64,000 nt of DNA. Origin: a virus. Made by a program: the position numbers and the translations under genes. Each line of letters opens with the position of its first letter. Position 1 is the first letter of the stretch. The notes under the pieces are model-generated. The model made no database searches. It saw nothing but the letters and a program-made list of their open reading frames with translations, and had not been told where the DNA came from. Shown piece after piece: positions 37,801 to 47,077 of the stretch. The DNA lies in the IMG/VR virus record IMGVR_UViG_3300042923_000502, positions 106,563 through 170,562 of that record; one strand, written 5' to 3'.

Positions 37801-39349
37801 CTTGAGTTGTTGCCGTATTTGCATTGGTAGTTGCAGTATTAGCATTATCCCTTGCCGTATTAGCTTGAGTAGTGGCGGTATTTGCATTCGTTGTTGCAGT
37901 AGTCGCTGATGTTATAATTGCTGAAATATCAATTATTGGACTCCAATTCGCTACCGTTGACAATGCAATATTAACTGTTCCATCTTTAATACATACATAC
38001 ATCTTTTGACCAGTAGTATCGACAATAAAGTCGCCATATTGATACACTGTTCCATTCGAATAAGTTCCTTTCCAATTGAAAGCAACAATTTTTCTCCAAT
38101 AGGTTGTATTAGTTGGAGCAATTCCAGCGGTTGTTGCCAATATACACATATACGTACAGCCATTGTAATAAACCATATTTCTAATGGCATACACAGTGGA
38201 CGCGTTATAATCTCCCTTATGAACAAGAGAATCGCCAACATTCTTAGCATAGTCTCCTTGATTTTGTGCATATGTTGCTTTTGTGTCAGCATTTGCTGCA
38301 GACGCATTTGCGCTATCTCTTGCCGTATTTGCGTTAGTAGTTGCTGTATTAGCGGCGTCTCTTGCGGTATTTGCTTGAGATGTAGCTGTATTTGCCAAAG
38401 CGGTAGCAGCATCAGCATTTTGTTTTGCCGTATTTGCAGCATCTCTTGCTGCATTAGCTTGAGTGGTAGCCGTATTTGCATTAGTTGTAGCGGTAATGGT
38501 AGCATCTACAACAGATTGAACGCTAATCATTTTATTCCAATAACTTGTATTGGTTAATAATTGATTTGTGTTTGTTTCGGAAATTGACATATATAAATTA
38601 TAGTTATTTGCATCTGTTACAAAGTCACCATATGTATATGTTGTAGCTGTTGAGTATGTACCCTTCCAAACCATACTTCCGATTTTTTTCCAGTAAGTAG
38701 TATTAGTTGGCACAATATTTGTTGAAGCCAAAATTGACATGTATGTAGCACCATTGTAATACACCATATTTCTTGCAACATAAGCAGTAGATGTGGCATA
38801 CGTTCCTTTAAATACAAGAGCATCACCTGATGCTTTAGCATAGTCGCCTTGAGCCTTAGCATAGTCTCCCTGTGTCTTTGCATATGCCGCTTGAGTTATA
38901 GCTTCTGCTGTTGCCGCTTCTGAATTTGCTATTGTTATAAGCAATTGTCTTATACCCTCAAGAGCTTCTTGACCAGCGTCGATTATCTCTTGTAATGTAA
39001 CCGTTACATCTGGATTACCGTTTCTACCATATATTCTAGAAGCTGGATATAAAATAAATCCTCTTCCCTTGTAGGTCATGTTTGTTATCGTTGTACCTTC
39101 CTTTGAAGGATGGAAGGTAATAATACCGTTTTCATAATTAACTATGAACTGATTCGTAGAAGGCGTTCCTTCGTAAATTTCAGTTAATCCACTTATAGAT
39201 ACGTGTGTGAATTCATCTGGAATTTCTGTAAGGACAACCATATTGTTTATCACTTTTTGTGATTCTACCTTATCAACATATGGTTCTTCGGCATTGCCTT
39301 TTCTCCATACAATACGAATTGGATCATTGTAAATAAAATAATTTTCCAC
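34832..39349 (-). CDS. Long tail fibre protein
   Basis: ATTNANTA coiled repeats, KG.Y..YW CBM-like repeats, NLNADMVDGY repeats. Confidence 0.8.
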   Translation of the reverse strand: MENYFIYNDPIRIVWRKGNAEEPYVDKVESQKVINNMVVLTEIPDEFTHVSISGLTEIYEGTPSTNQFIVNYENGIITFHPSKEGTTITNMTYKGRGFILYPASRIYGRNGNPDVTVTLQEIIDAGQEALEGIRQLLITIANSEAATAEAITQAAYAKTQGDYAKAQGDYAKASGDALVFKGTYATSTAYVARNMVYYNGATYMSILASTNIVPTNTTYWKKIGSMVWKGTYSTATTYTYGDFVTDANNYNLYMSISETNTNQLLTNTSYWNKMISVQSVVDATITATTNANTATTQANAARDAANTAKQNADAATALANTATSQANTARDAANTATTNANTARDSANASAANADTKATYAQNQGDYAKNVGDSLVHKGDYNASTVYAIRNMVYYNGCTYMCILATTAGIAPTNTTYWRKIVAFNWKGTYSNGTVYQYGDFIVDTTGQKMYVCIKDGTVNIALSTVANWSPIIDISAIITSATTATTNANTATTQANTARDNANTATTNANTATTQANAARDAANLAKTNADTAASNANDKADYAQTQGDYAKAQGDAAKTATTQANAARDAANLAKTNADTATTNANLAKDAANTAASAANTAKQNADTATSNANTATTNANTARDAANTAATNANTVASRTSAKGTYNASTTYYPNNIVTYNGSSYMCIAQALNKVPTDTGFWQLIAQKGNDGLGSVVGLTSANSDIIIAGTVQNPDLSLNASLKALWNDKYTKSEVDTLISQATSSIQWKASVANYAAIATTYPNPQDGWTVNVNDTDYTYRYTGSAWVAISANAIPNASASTDGKMSIADFNKLSAISAQANKTTASGTNGNILIDGVQTVVYTHPTGAGNNHIPTGGAVNNFLKYSASGVAVWATPTLVGLSDTTITSPSSNQVLRFNGTSWVNSTLTFSEIGNGSGTGVLITNLNADMVDGYHLDQDVRTTAAPKFWGMTVGGGSGSTFLLDQTNLNYALPTQGTGGYARGFYFQNYDRSASYGGFGMYGNSTSGAVTINNLYMAHGDSPWANGLGIYVLPNGFTGIKKLNPIYELDVYGYVGATKFVSNVATGTSPLQVSSTTRVDNLNADMLDGVHGSNYMRAEMVTATENVNNLVTSGVYRMQASGMSNLPGTGYYYGQTLVLRAPSSDTIAQVIFPYIKANGPMYRRGNPTEAGGSGTYSSWYKIWTEENMGTGGGLDADMVDGYHFNQALLSTSSPNFVSMGLTGALYMSSVAPVIELNETDQGTNEKKWWIVPDAKKFEIRTITDGGGTGSTALSIERTGTTISGMSLSATNITLSSNKATIQNANDAILYLYSTGSAANAKQGYVSFQSGMLKLGTALDSGAGTNHIIIGTDGLTTFTRASGAPFAVSSTTVVTNLNADMVDGYQFNQDLRTTAAPTFAGIEAAGTSYIGGLPGTGNATIRITGTTTGAYLQGSNNARTASAPLWLTGLNGTSGEIRTYNNVLDDGIGNTTILTKITSPIFKSGNYSIQYNATEDSLDFIYG

Positions 39350-39377
39350 TAAAAACGAACCTCCTTTTTATAATAAT

Positions 39378-39406
39378 ATTATATCATTTTATCTGACATT
39401 TGTCAA
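39378..39406 (-). promoter_or_regulatory. sigmaA promoter with the repeated motif
   Basis: TTGACA-17-TATAAT; CAAATGTCAGATAAAAT. Confidence 0.85.
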
Positions 39407-39408
39407 GT

Positions 39409-41094
39409 CTAATAAACCGTATTTAAGCAAGCAGTCAATCTATTTATTGCATATGCAGTTAGTGGACTACCTTGCGAAACTAAAGCAATTTGACCACCTG
39501 TAGAGCCTAGTGCATTTATTGAATTTGCTAATTGATTATACAATGCTGCGGTAATCTTATTTCCCTTGGATACACTTGTAAATGATGTTAACCCCAATCC
39601 TTTATATGTTCTAAATTGATTTATTCTTGACTGTAAAGCGTTCCAATCACTAGCTAGAACAACCAAAGTTCCTCCTTGAGTTTTATTTCCACCTGTCCAA
39701 TTGAAGTCGTCAGGTCTTGCATATTCAATGTAATTAGAGTAACTTAAACTTGACAGCGATCCCTTTGTTGAATACGCTCTAAATTTGTAGTTTTTAATGT
39801 CATTAGATGCTATTGACCACGATACTCCATCTCCACTATTAGTGACTGATTTTTGGTCAATATATGTGCCACTTTGATTTAATCTCTCAATAACGATATA
39901 ATCAAATGTTGTTCCTGACAATCCCGCAGTATAAATTGAAATAGTACTTCCATTGTAAGAACCGCTAATAGTTGGAGTTTTTGGATTTACTGTAGCATTG
40001 CTAATACCTGAGTAATCTGACCAACTATCAATATATGCTCTCACTCTAAAGTCATACACTAATCCATAAGCAAGACTACCAATAGATGTACTTGATCCAG
40101 AAACTTGAACTGTATTCCATACACTATTTATACTTGGCTTATAATCTAATTGATAAGAAGTAGCTCCAGAGATTGCACTCCAACTTAAAGTAAATCCACC
40201 TTCACTTCTCGATATTACAGTTGGGGAAGATGGAATTGTAGCTAACGTTTTGACGTTAGTTGTCTTAGTAGAATAGTTTCCAGCTACGTCAATAACTCTT
40301 ACTCCAACCGTATACCATGTATTAGGACTTGCTCCACCTATGATAAGATTACCGCCAGCAGCATTGTAATCCGTACCTCTTGAAGATAAACTTTCATATG
40401 GAAGGTCTGCTCCATATCCTACTGCAATAGTGTATCCGTTTACTCCACTTCCACCTTGTTCATCAACCGCATTGTAGTTCACCTTAAATGAGTTTTGAGT
40501 AACTTCTGAAACACTAATACTTAAATATGGTGGAGTTATATCTGGTGGTGCATTTGTAGTTTCATATGTAGAGTTAGTCCCTACATCATTTCCACTTTCA
40601 AACCACTTTACAGACAATCCATATGTCGTAGACGCAGTAAGTCCACTAAATGTATAACTAAAGTCATTACCTCCAGCACCTGAGCCGTAAAACGCTCCAT
40701 TTAAATACATTTCTACGGAAGAAATAGTTGCTCCAGTTGTCACCGTTTTACTTACGGTTCCGCTAAAATAAGCGGTTCCAGTAGTTGTTTTAGATGTTAT
40801 TGTGCCATTTGTTGCTGTCGATGTTGGAGCTGATGGTCTAGTTCCAATTGAAACACTATCAAGGCTTATTGATCCAGTGTAACCCTCAGTATCCGGACCA
40901 TATGATCTAGGGTTCGGAGCGTTATGATCCCATCCATTTTGAACCCAACTATTATTTTGTCTTATCCAATACCATGTTATAGTACAAGGATCATCAACCG
41001 AAACACTTTTCGAAGTTGTAGATGAAGATTTTGTTGGGTAAGAACATGATACTGTAATAGAATTATGAGTTTTGCTTAAAACCGATATTGACAT
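39409..41094 (-). CDS. Fibronectin type III domain virion protein
   Basis: GLTASTTY, W..ISGATSY, YDFRVRA Fn3 signatures. Confidence 0.8.
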   Translation of the reverse strand: MSISVLSKTHNSITVSCSYPTKSSSTTSKSVSVDDPCTITWYWIRQNNSWVQNGWDHNAPNPRSYGPDTEGYTGSISLDSVSIGTRPSAPTSTATNGTITSKTTTGTAYFSGTVSKTVTTGATISSVEMYLNGAFYGSGAGGNDFSYTFSGLTASTTYGLSVKWFESGNDVGTNSTYETTNAPPDITPPYLSISVSEVTQNSFKVNYNAVDEQGGSGVNGYTIAVGYGADLPYESLSSRGTDYNAAGGNLIIGGASPNTWYTVGVRVIDVAGNYSTKTTNVKTLATIPSSPTVISRSEGGFTLSWSAISGATSYQLDYKPSINSVWNTVQVSGSSTSIGSLAYGLVYDFRVRAYIDSWSDYSGISNATVNPKTPTISGSYNGSTISIYTAGLSGTTFDYIVIERLNQSGTYIDQKSVTNSGDGVSWSIASNDIKNYKFRAYSTKGSLSSLSYSNYIEYARPDDFNWTGGNKTQGGTLVVLASDWNALQSRINQFRTYKGLGLTSFTSVSKGNKITAALYNQLANSINALGSTGGQIALVSQGSPLTAYAINRLTACLNTVY

Positions 41095-41138
41095 GCTTAT
41101 CCTCTCCTTTTACAAATAAATAATAATATAAAAATAAT

Positions 41139-41167
41139 TTGACTGACAAACTTTTTTGTGGTATAAT
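41139..41167 (+). promoter_or_regulatory. sigmaA promoter of the moron (no repeated motif)
   Basis: TTGACT-17-TATAAT with extended TG. Confidence 0.75.
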
Positions 41168-41216
41168 ATGGTTATACCTTGGGAATGATGATATTAAAAA
41201 CTAAGAGGTGATAAAA

Positions 41217-41789
41217 ATGAAAAAAATTAGCTTTAAAAGCATCAAAAGTTTTACTATTGGGCTTATCATTGGAGCATCGCTACTTTCAACCGGAAACGTT
41301 TTTGCAAATGCTTTAACATTGGAGAAAATACAAGCTTACCTCAACTATGATATTTCCATAAAGTACAACGATAAAAATGTAGCTTTGAGCAATCCACCAA
41401 TCACATATAATGGTAAAACGTATCTACCATTAACGGATGTCGGAAAGCTCACAAATACAAGTGTTAAATGGAATCAACAAGAAAGGAGCGTTGAAATGAC
41501 CACACAAGAACTTAATGAGTTGCCGTTGGATCATCGTGCAGAATCAACCTATTCTAAATATGGATTCAAAACCGTTTACCTTTTGAATGAAAAAGAATAC
41601 ATTCCAGTAAAAGACATTGTATTAAATAATTTTGGATTTAACCCCAATATTTCAATTGGGAAATTAGCTCTTATCTCCATTAAAAATGGAGATGAAGTTA
41701 TTCCAAATGTTGAATACATGTCAATAATGGGTGCATGGTCTATTGAGTATAATTATTACTTAAATACCATTCTTCCTTTAGACAAATAA
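41217..41789 (+). CDS. Secreted stalk-domain (copper amine oxidase N-terminal-like) protein; moron
   Basis: Signal peptide MKK..FTIGLIIGA..VFA; P.TYNGKTYLPL..V.W motif; opposite strand to the tail operon. Confidence 0.8.
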   Translation: MKKISFKSIKSFTIGLIIGASLLSTGNVFANALTLEKIQAYLNYDISIKYNDKNVALSNPPITYNGKTYLPLTDVGKLTNTSVKWNQQERSVEMTTQELNELPLDHRAESTYSKYGFKTVYLLNEKEYIPVKDIVLNNFGFNPNISIGKLALISIKNGDEVIPNVEYMSIMGAWSIEYNYYLNTILPLDK

Positions 41790-41793
41790 TTTT

Positions 41794-41830
41794 AAAAAAC
41801 TCTCTCTTGATATCAAGAGAGAGTTTTTTA
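41794..41830. terminator. Bidirectional terminator
   Basis: aaaaaactctctcttga / tcaagagagagtttttt. Confidence 0.9.
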
Positions 41831-41831
41831 T

Positions 41832-44800
41832 TTATCCAAATACCGCTGTTACTCCTGTGACAGTTGCTGATGAAAAATCCCATGATCCATAAGCATACGT
41901 GTTACTTCCACCTGATCTTAGGAATCCAACGTCATTGGCGCGTAATTCAGCAGACCCTATAACATTATAAACACTAAACCACTTAGAATTACTCCACCAC
42001 AATTCCAAGTCTCCATAAGACTGAACTCCAGAATTAGAAAGCGTCAAATATCCAGAGCCTGCAGAATTTGATCTATATAATTTATCTACTCTAAGACTAT
42101 CTACATCAATATAATTCGCATTTATCTTTCCTGCTGTTATTTGATCCGCTTTTAACGTCCCAGTATAAACATATGTTGAACCAATTTTAGTGTAATTGAT
42201 TCCCAATGAAGTTGACAAATTTTCGTTAGTATTATCTGCATTTGATGCTGGCTTTGTTCCAGTTATTACACTGTAATCAAGATTTTTACTGGTTACTTGA
42301 TTCCAAGATATTGTTGCGTTTGCCCCCATATTTACGTTGCCACCAACAGTAAGAGTTTCGATCATTGCCGTTGTAATCTTAGCCGTAGAAGCATCTAATT
42401 GTTGCACTTTAATGCTATCAATCATATCTCCATCAAGTTTATTCCCCGCTATTAATTCTACTCCATTGATCTTAATTGATTTGGCGTTCAATTCTCCATC
42501 CAATACCAAGTTTCCAGTGGTTGCGCTATAATAAAGTTTTTTATCCCATGAGGTTCCGTTTTTCTTTTCAAAGCTAAATCCGTCAGTTGCATTTAATATT
42601 GTTCTTATTGTTCCATCACTTTTAGTGATTACAAGACCATTTGTTGCATCAATTACAACACCATTGTAAGCTGTTCCCAATCCTACAGATGCATCTTTAG
42701 CTCTTTGCTCTCTAACGGAAGCTATTTTATTTATCAAAATAGACTTTGTACTTTGAAGAGATTCGAACTTTGTCTTGATATTCGTTCTATCGGTAGACAA
42801 GATTGTTAATGGATAAGTTTTATCAATCCATTTATTTATTTCTGTAGTCAATGATGTTAATGCATTTGAATAATTAGTTTTTTCTGTTGTTATTCCTAAT
42901 GTGTTTGCTACATTAACTAAATCCGTACTTTCTGAGTTTACTTGATTAAGACTCAATTTAAGAGAGTTTGCTTCCGACAATGTAATGACGGAATCGGAAG
43001 AAAATTGGTCTATGTCAGTATTTAATTGACCTAATGCTGCGTTGATTGTTGTTACTTTACCATCAGTGTAACTTTGCGACAATGCTTGACGAACAGATGT
43101 TATCGTATTAATCAATATAGATTTAGTGTTTTGCAATGTTTCGAATTTAGTTTTAATATTTGTTCTATCCGCGCTAGTTATATTCATTGGATAGGTTTTA
43201 TCAATCCATTTGTTAAGTTCGGTTGTCAATGCGGTTAAGGCATTAGAGTAATTATTTTTTTCTGCAACAATAGATAAAGAGGTTGCCACAGATATCATAT
43301 TAAGACTTTCCGAATTCACTTGATTTAAACTTACCTTTAATGAATTAGCTTCTGCCAAGGTGATTATCAAGTCAGAAGAGAAACTATCTACATATTGATC
43401 AAGCGTGTTAATCGTTGAATTAACATCGGAAATTTCTTGATCAGTATAAGCATTTGACAATGCCTGACGTACAGCGGAAATTTTATTGATCAATATAGAT
43501 TTAGCGTTTTGTAAAGCTTCAAATCTAGTTTTAATATTTGTTCTATCTGTTTCCAATATGTTTAACGGATATGTTTTATTGATCCACTTGTTAATTTCCG
43601 TAGTCAAATTTGTTAATGCTGTTGAATAGTTGGTTCTTTCCGCAACAATACTCAATACATTAGCTACGCTTAAAAGGTCGGAACTTTCGGATGTAACTTG
43701 ATTCAAGCTTACCTTTAATGCATTAGCTTCTGCTAATGTAATAATAAGATCAGAAGAAAAGCTATCTACATATTGATCAAGGGTATTTAATGCAGAATTT
43801 ACTTCTGAAATTTCTTGATCGGTATATGTTTGAGATAAAACTTGACGTATAGCCGCTATCTTATTGATAAGTACTGATTTTTTGTTTTGAATATCCGAAA
43901 ATCTATCCTTTATCTCAGTTCTACTTGCTTGAGATATAGTCATTGGATATGTCTTGTCAATCCATTTGTTAAGCTCAGTTGTCAATGCGGTTAAAGATGT
44001 TACGTATGCATTTTTCTCAGCAACAATGCTCAATGAAGTTGCAGCACTAATAATGTCCGTACTTTCCGATGTTACTTGTGTCAATGAAATTTTTAAGCTA
44101 TTAGCTTCAATTGATGTTATCATTCCATCACTAAGTATTTCATTTACATTTGTTTCAAGAGTGTCAATTGCATTGTTTACCTCTGCAATATCTGTATCAA
44201 TAGAGTTTAAAAAATCTTCACTCAAATTATCTCTTGTAATACCACCAGTAATTCTCAAAGCGGTTCCCAATATGTTTACACCAGTACCATCCACAGTAAA
44301 CGTTTTAGTGCCGTTAGAATCGCTTGCATCAATAACTAAGTTAGAACCTGCAAGAAGTTTTCCATAGAGTCTTTCTCCAACAATTCCATCAGCGGTTATA
44401 GCGTGTTTCCATGTATTGCCGTTATCTCCTGTAATAGCTAATACACCATTTTGAATAATGAGATATTTATTTGGATCACTTGTATTCTTTACAAGGATAC
44501 CTCTTTCGTTAATTGAGATGGTGTTATTTACTCCACCTTCAATTCCTCTTTTGATTGTACTCCAAGTATTGTCAATTATTTGATTGACCTTAGAAGCTGT
44601 AGCGTCAATTCCATCCCATTTAGTACTTTTCATATCTAAAAGTGTAGAAGAACTGTTGTTCGCATAAATCATTTTAATTAACTTTTCTTCGTCTGTCATG
44701 AGGTCTTTTGTGTTAGCAATTGTTAAGTTTATATTGTCAGATTCAAAGTCAATTGTTATTTCAATAATTTTAGCTTCCATATTCAAATTAAGTTTTCCAT

Positions 44801-46238
44801 ATCTAATCGTTACAATATCTCCAAGATTCAATTTGTCCCAATCTCTTTGAGCTTCAACAATATTAAGGAAGTTAACAATGTCCATGTTTAAGATGACTTG
44901 AGGTTCTTTGTATTTGTCAAATTGTTTTTTAGCATCTTCATAAAGAACTTTTTCATCTATATAACTTTCATCCGAAAAATCTTTATAAATAATATAATCA
45001 TTTAATTCAATTAAATTTTGTGGTGTAAAAAATACACTATATTTAAGAGAATTCTTCAATGTTGTTATTTGGCTGTCAATTGAAGCTAATGACGTATTGA
45101 TAGATGCAATCTCTGTATTCTTATTGTCAATTTGAGTTTGTTTAGATGTCTTTTGAGTAACCAATGACGTATAGTCATAGTTCATTGATTTATAGATGTC
45201 AATATTGTTATTGATAACTGCCATCTCTTCTACCAATGTAGACAATTCATTTTTTCTTGTATTTAAAGATGTTTCATATGGAGTCTTTTGGCTTAATAGA
45301 GATGAAAATTGATTTTGTTTTGACTCTGCATATTCTGTATAATCTAAGATAGCATGGCAAAGACTATCGCTCATAAAGTCGCTATGTTTAATTACATTGT
45401 GATTGGAATCTCTTTGGAATGGATAAAGGAAGTAAGAGTAGTCTTCTAAATAGTTTTGACCATTAATATTTAGAGATTGTATAGACATACCATCTTTCCC
45501 AAATACTTTTAATCTTGTAACCATTTCGTCACTTTTACTCTCTCTACTAAGAGATTTTAAGTAATGACCATAGTGAATAGTGAATCCACGATTTACGCCA
45601 AAATTATCTGCATTGTAGAATGACACTGTTTTTGAGATAGTATTCCATACCAATAATGCATTTAACGTTTCCGCAATGTTAAAAATGCAATCTAACACAG
45701 TCATTGAACTAAAACTATATCCTCTATATTTTGTGGCAATATCAGCATCTACATAGCCAAGAGTCCACAATGTTTCACTGAGAATTCCTTCAATCGAATG
45801 GTTAGTTCCAGAATCTGGATCAACAATAGTTCCACCATTCATTACTTGATAAATGTTTAATGCATCTTCTTCGAATATTCTAATACTCTTATCCGACAAC
45901 TCATATGGAAGAAGATAGCATGTTACATCCATAGAGTCTCCTTCGTTCATTGTATTCACAAGAGTAACTATTTTATACCACTCTGTTTTTCCTGCAAATA
46001 CGGCTTTAATAAGATATCTTTCTTTTACGATATCTATATGGGGATTTCTTATTAACTTTCTATTTTTACTTACCTCATACGGAAGAGTAAAAGTAATCTC
46101 ATTAATATTGCCAAGCTTCAAAATCATCTTTTTATTGTATGCTTCCGACAACTTTCCAATTATTTCACGATTTGGCTTTGCCAAGAAAAGCTCTACATTA
46201 ATTGCTGGCAATGTTAAATCTATTTCACCTATAGCCAT
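41832..46238 (-). CDS. Tal-like baseplate hub / tail spike protein
   Basis: Follows Dit; VTRLKVFGKDG, LGDIV, AITADGIVGE; four internal ~126-aa repeats. Confidence 0.8.
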   Translation of the reverse strand: MAIGEIDLTLPAINVELFLAKPNREIIGKLSEAYNKKMILKLGNINEITFTLPYEVSKNRKLIRNPHIDIVKERYLIKAVFAGKTEWYKIVTLVNTMNEGDSMDVTCYLLPYELSDKSIRIFEEDALNIYQVMNGGTIVDPDSGTNHSIEGILSETLWTLGYVDADIATKYRGYSFSSMTVLDCIFNIAETLNALLVWNTISKTVSFYNADNFGVNRGFTIHYGHYLKSLSRESKSDEMVTRLKVFGKDGMSIQSLNINGQNYLEDYSYFLYPFQRDSNHNVIKHSDFMSDSLCHAILDYTEYAESKQNQFSSLLSQKTPYETSLNTRKNELSTLVEEMAVINNNIDIYKSMNYDYTSLVTQKTSKQTQIDNKNTEIASINTSLASIDSQITTLKNSLKYSVFFTPQNLIELNDYIIYKDFSDESYIDEKVLYEDAKKQFDKYKEPQVILNMDIVNFLNIVEAQRDWDKLNLGDIVTIRYGKLNLNMEAKIIEITIDFESDNINLTIANTKDLMTDEEKLIKMIYANNSSSTLLDMKSTKWDGIDATASKVNQIIDNTWSTIKRGIEGGVNNTISINERGILVKNTSDPNKYLIIQNGVLAITGDNGNTWKHAITADGIVGERLYGKLLAGSNLVIDASDSNGTKTFTVDGTGVNILGTALRITGGITRDNLSEDFLNSIDTDIAEVNNAIDTLETNVNEILSDGMITSIEANSLKISLTQVTSESTDIISAATSLSIVAEKNAYVTSLTALTTELNKWIDKTYPMTISQASRTEIKDRFSDIQNKKSVLINKIAAIRQVLSQTYTDQEISEVNSALNTLDQYVDSFSSDLIITLAEANALKVSLNQVTSESSDLLSVANVLSIVAERTNYSTALTNLTTEINKWINKTYPLNILETDRTNIKTRFEALQNAKSILINKISAVRQALSNAYTDQEISDVNSTINTLDQYVDSFSSDLIITLAEANSLKVSLNQVNSESLNMISVATSLSIVAEKNNYSNALTALTTELNKWIDKTYPMNITSADRTNIKTKFETLQNTKSILINTITSVRQALSQSYTDGKVTTINAALGQLNTDIDQFSSDSVITLSEANSLKLSLNQVNSESTDLVNVANTLGITTEKTNYSNALTSLTTEINKWIDKTYPLTILSTDRTNIKTKFESLQSTKSILINKIASVREQRAKDASVGLGTAYNGVVIDATNGLVITKSDGTIRTILNATDGFSFEKKNGTSWDKKLYYSATTGNLVLDGELNAKSIKINGVELIAGNKLDGDMIDSIKVQQLDASTAKITTAMIETLTVGGNVNMGANATISWNQVTSKNLDYSVITGTKPASNADNTNENLSTSLGINYTKIGSTYVYTGTLKADQITAGKINANYIDVDSLRVDKLYRSNSAGSGYLTLSNSGVQSYGDLELWWSNSKWFSVYNVIGSAELRANDVGFLRSGGSNTYAYGSWDFSSATVTGVTAVFG

Positions 46239-46255
46239 TTTATTTTTCTCCTTTC

Positions 46256-47029
46256 TTATTGTAATGTTCTATATTGATACCTAAAATTCAAATGACATTT
46301 TCCAGTAACTTGCAATATATTCTTACCTCTAACTAACTTTAAATAATTATTATTGAAGTTCCCATATCTATATGTATTAGCTACATCCGTTTCAATATAA
46401 GTTCCTTCGTTGTCAATATATACTGTTTCGTTATCAATTAAAGAAGTGAATTGAAACAACCTATTCCCATCCGTTTGATTTATAATGCTTATATCACCAT
46501 TGCCAACTTTTCTAATCCACATCTCAGGGTACAAAGCAATATCTCCATCGTTAACGAACTCAAACGTAGTAGGAGCGGTTATTGTGCTAAAGTTGAGCCA
46601 CCCCTTAGTTAACACTGGAGAGTATGTGTAAGGACTATCACAACGCATCTGGAGCGTTATATATCCTTGTTTAAGACCATTGTGGATCAATTTAGGTTCA
46701 TCAACCGACATACAGTAAAAGATTCTACTAGGATTTTCTACAAACCATAACGGTTTATAATAATCAGGACTAAGCCATCTTGCTACATCACGTATTAACG
46801 TGTCATCCCACGTATTTTCGAAAGCGAACGAAAGAGATAATGTTAATGGTTCATATTCAATTCCTTGAAAATAAGGCGTATTATTACCTCTTATTTTTTG
46901 CTCTACAATACTTCTACCAGCAAGGAACGCTTCTTCGTGCATCCCGCTTTCCAAGCTAACATTATATATTCCAAAGTTTGTGCTATATTTTCCATCATAA
47001 CAAAAACTAATGCTTTCCATTATTGCCAT
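46256..47029 (-). CDS. Distal tail protein (Dit)
   Basis: Follows tape measure; RWL..YKPL.F, CDSPY, N.GD, L..G.N. Confidence 0.85.
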   Translation of the reverse strand: MAIMESISFCYDGKYSTNFGIYNVSLESGMHEEAFLAGRSIVEQKIRGNNTPYFQGIEYEPLTLSLSFAFENTWDDTLIRDVARWLSPDYYKPLWFVENPSRIFYCMSVDEPKLIHNGLKQGYITLQMRCDSPYTYSPVLTKGWLNFSTITAPTTFEFVNDGDIALYPEMWIRKVGNGDISIINQTDGNRLFQFTSLIDNETVYIDNEGTYIETDVANTYRYGNFNNNYLKLVRGKNILQVTGKCHLNFRYQYRTLQ

Positions 47030-47077
47030 TCTATTTCCTCCTTATAAGAAATAGAGGGGATTTCTCCCCTCTTTCAA

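Noticed and set aside
37366-38883. Several alternative-frame and antisense ORFs (Q/L-rich, C-rich)
   Set aside because: By-products of the low-complexity Ala/Thr/Asn repeats in the fibre gene
29409-39349. Diversity-generating retroelement or invertible shufflon at the fibre genes
   Set aside because: No reverse transcriptase, no adenine-specific TR/VR pair seen, and the repeats are direct, not inverted
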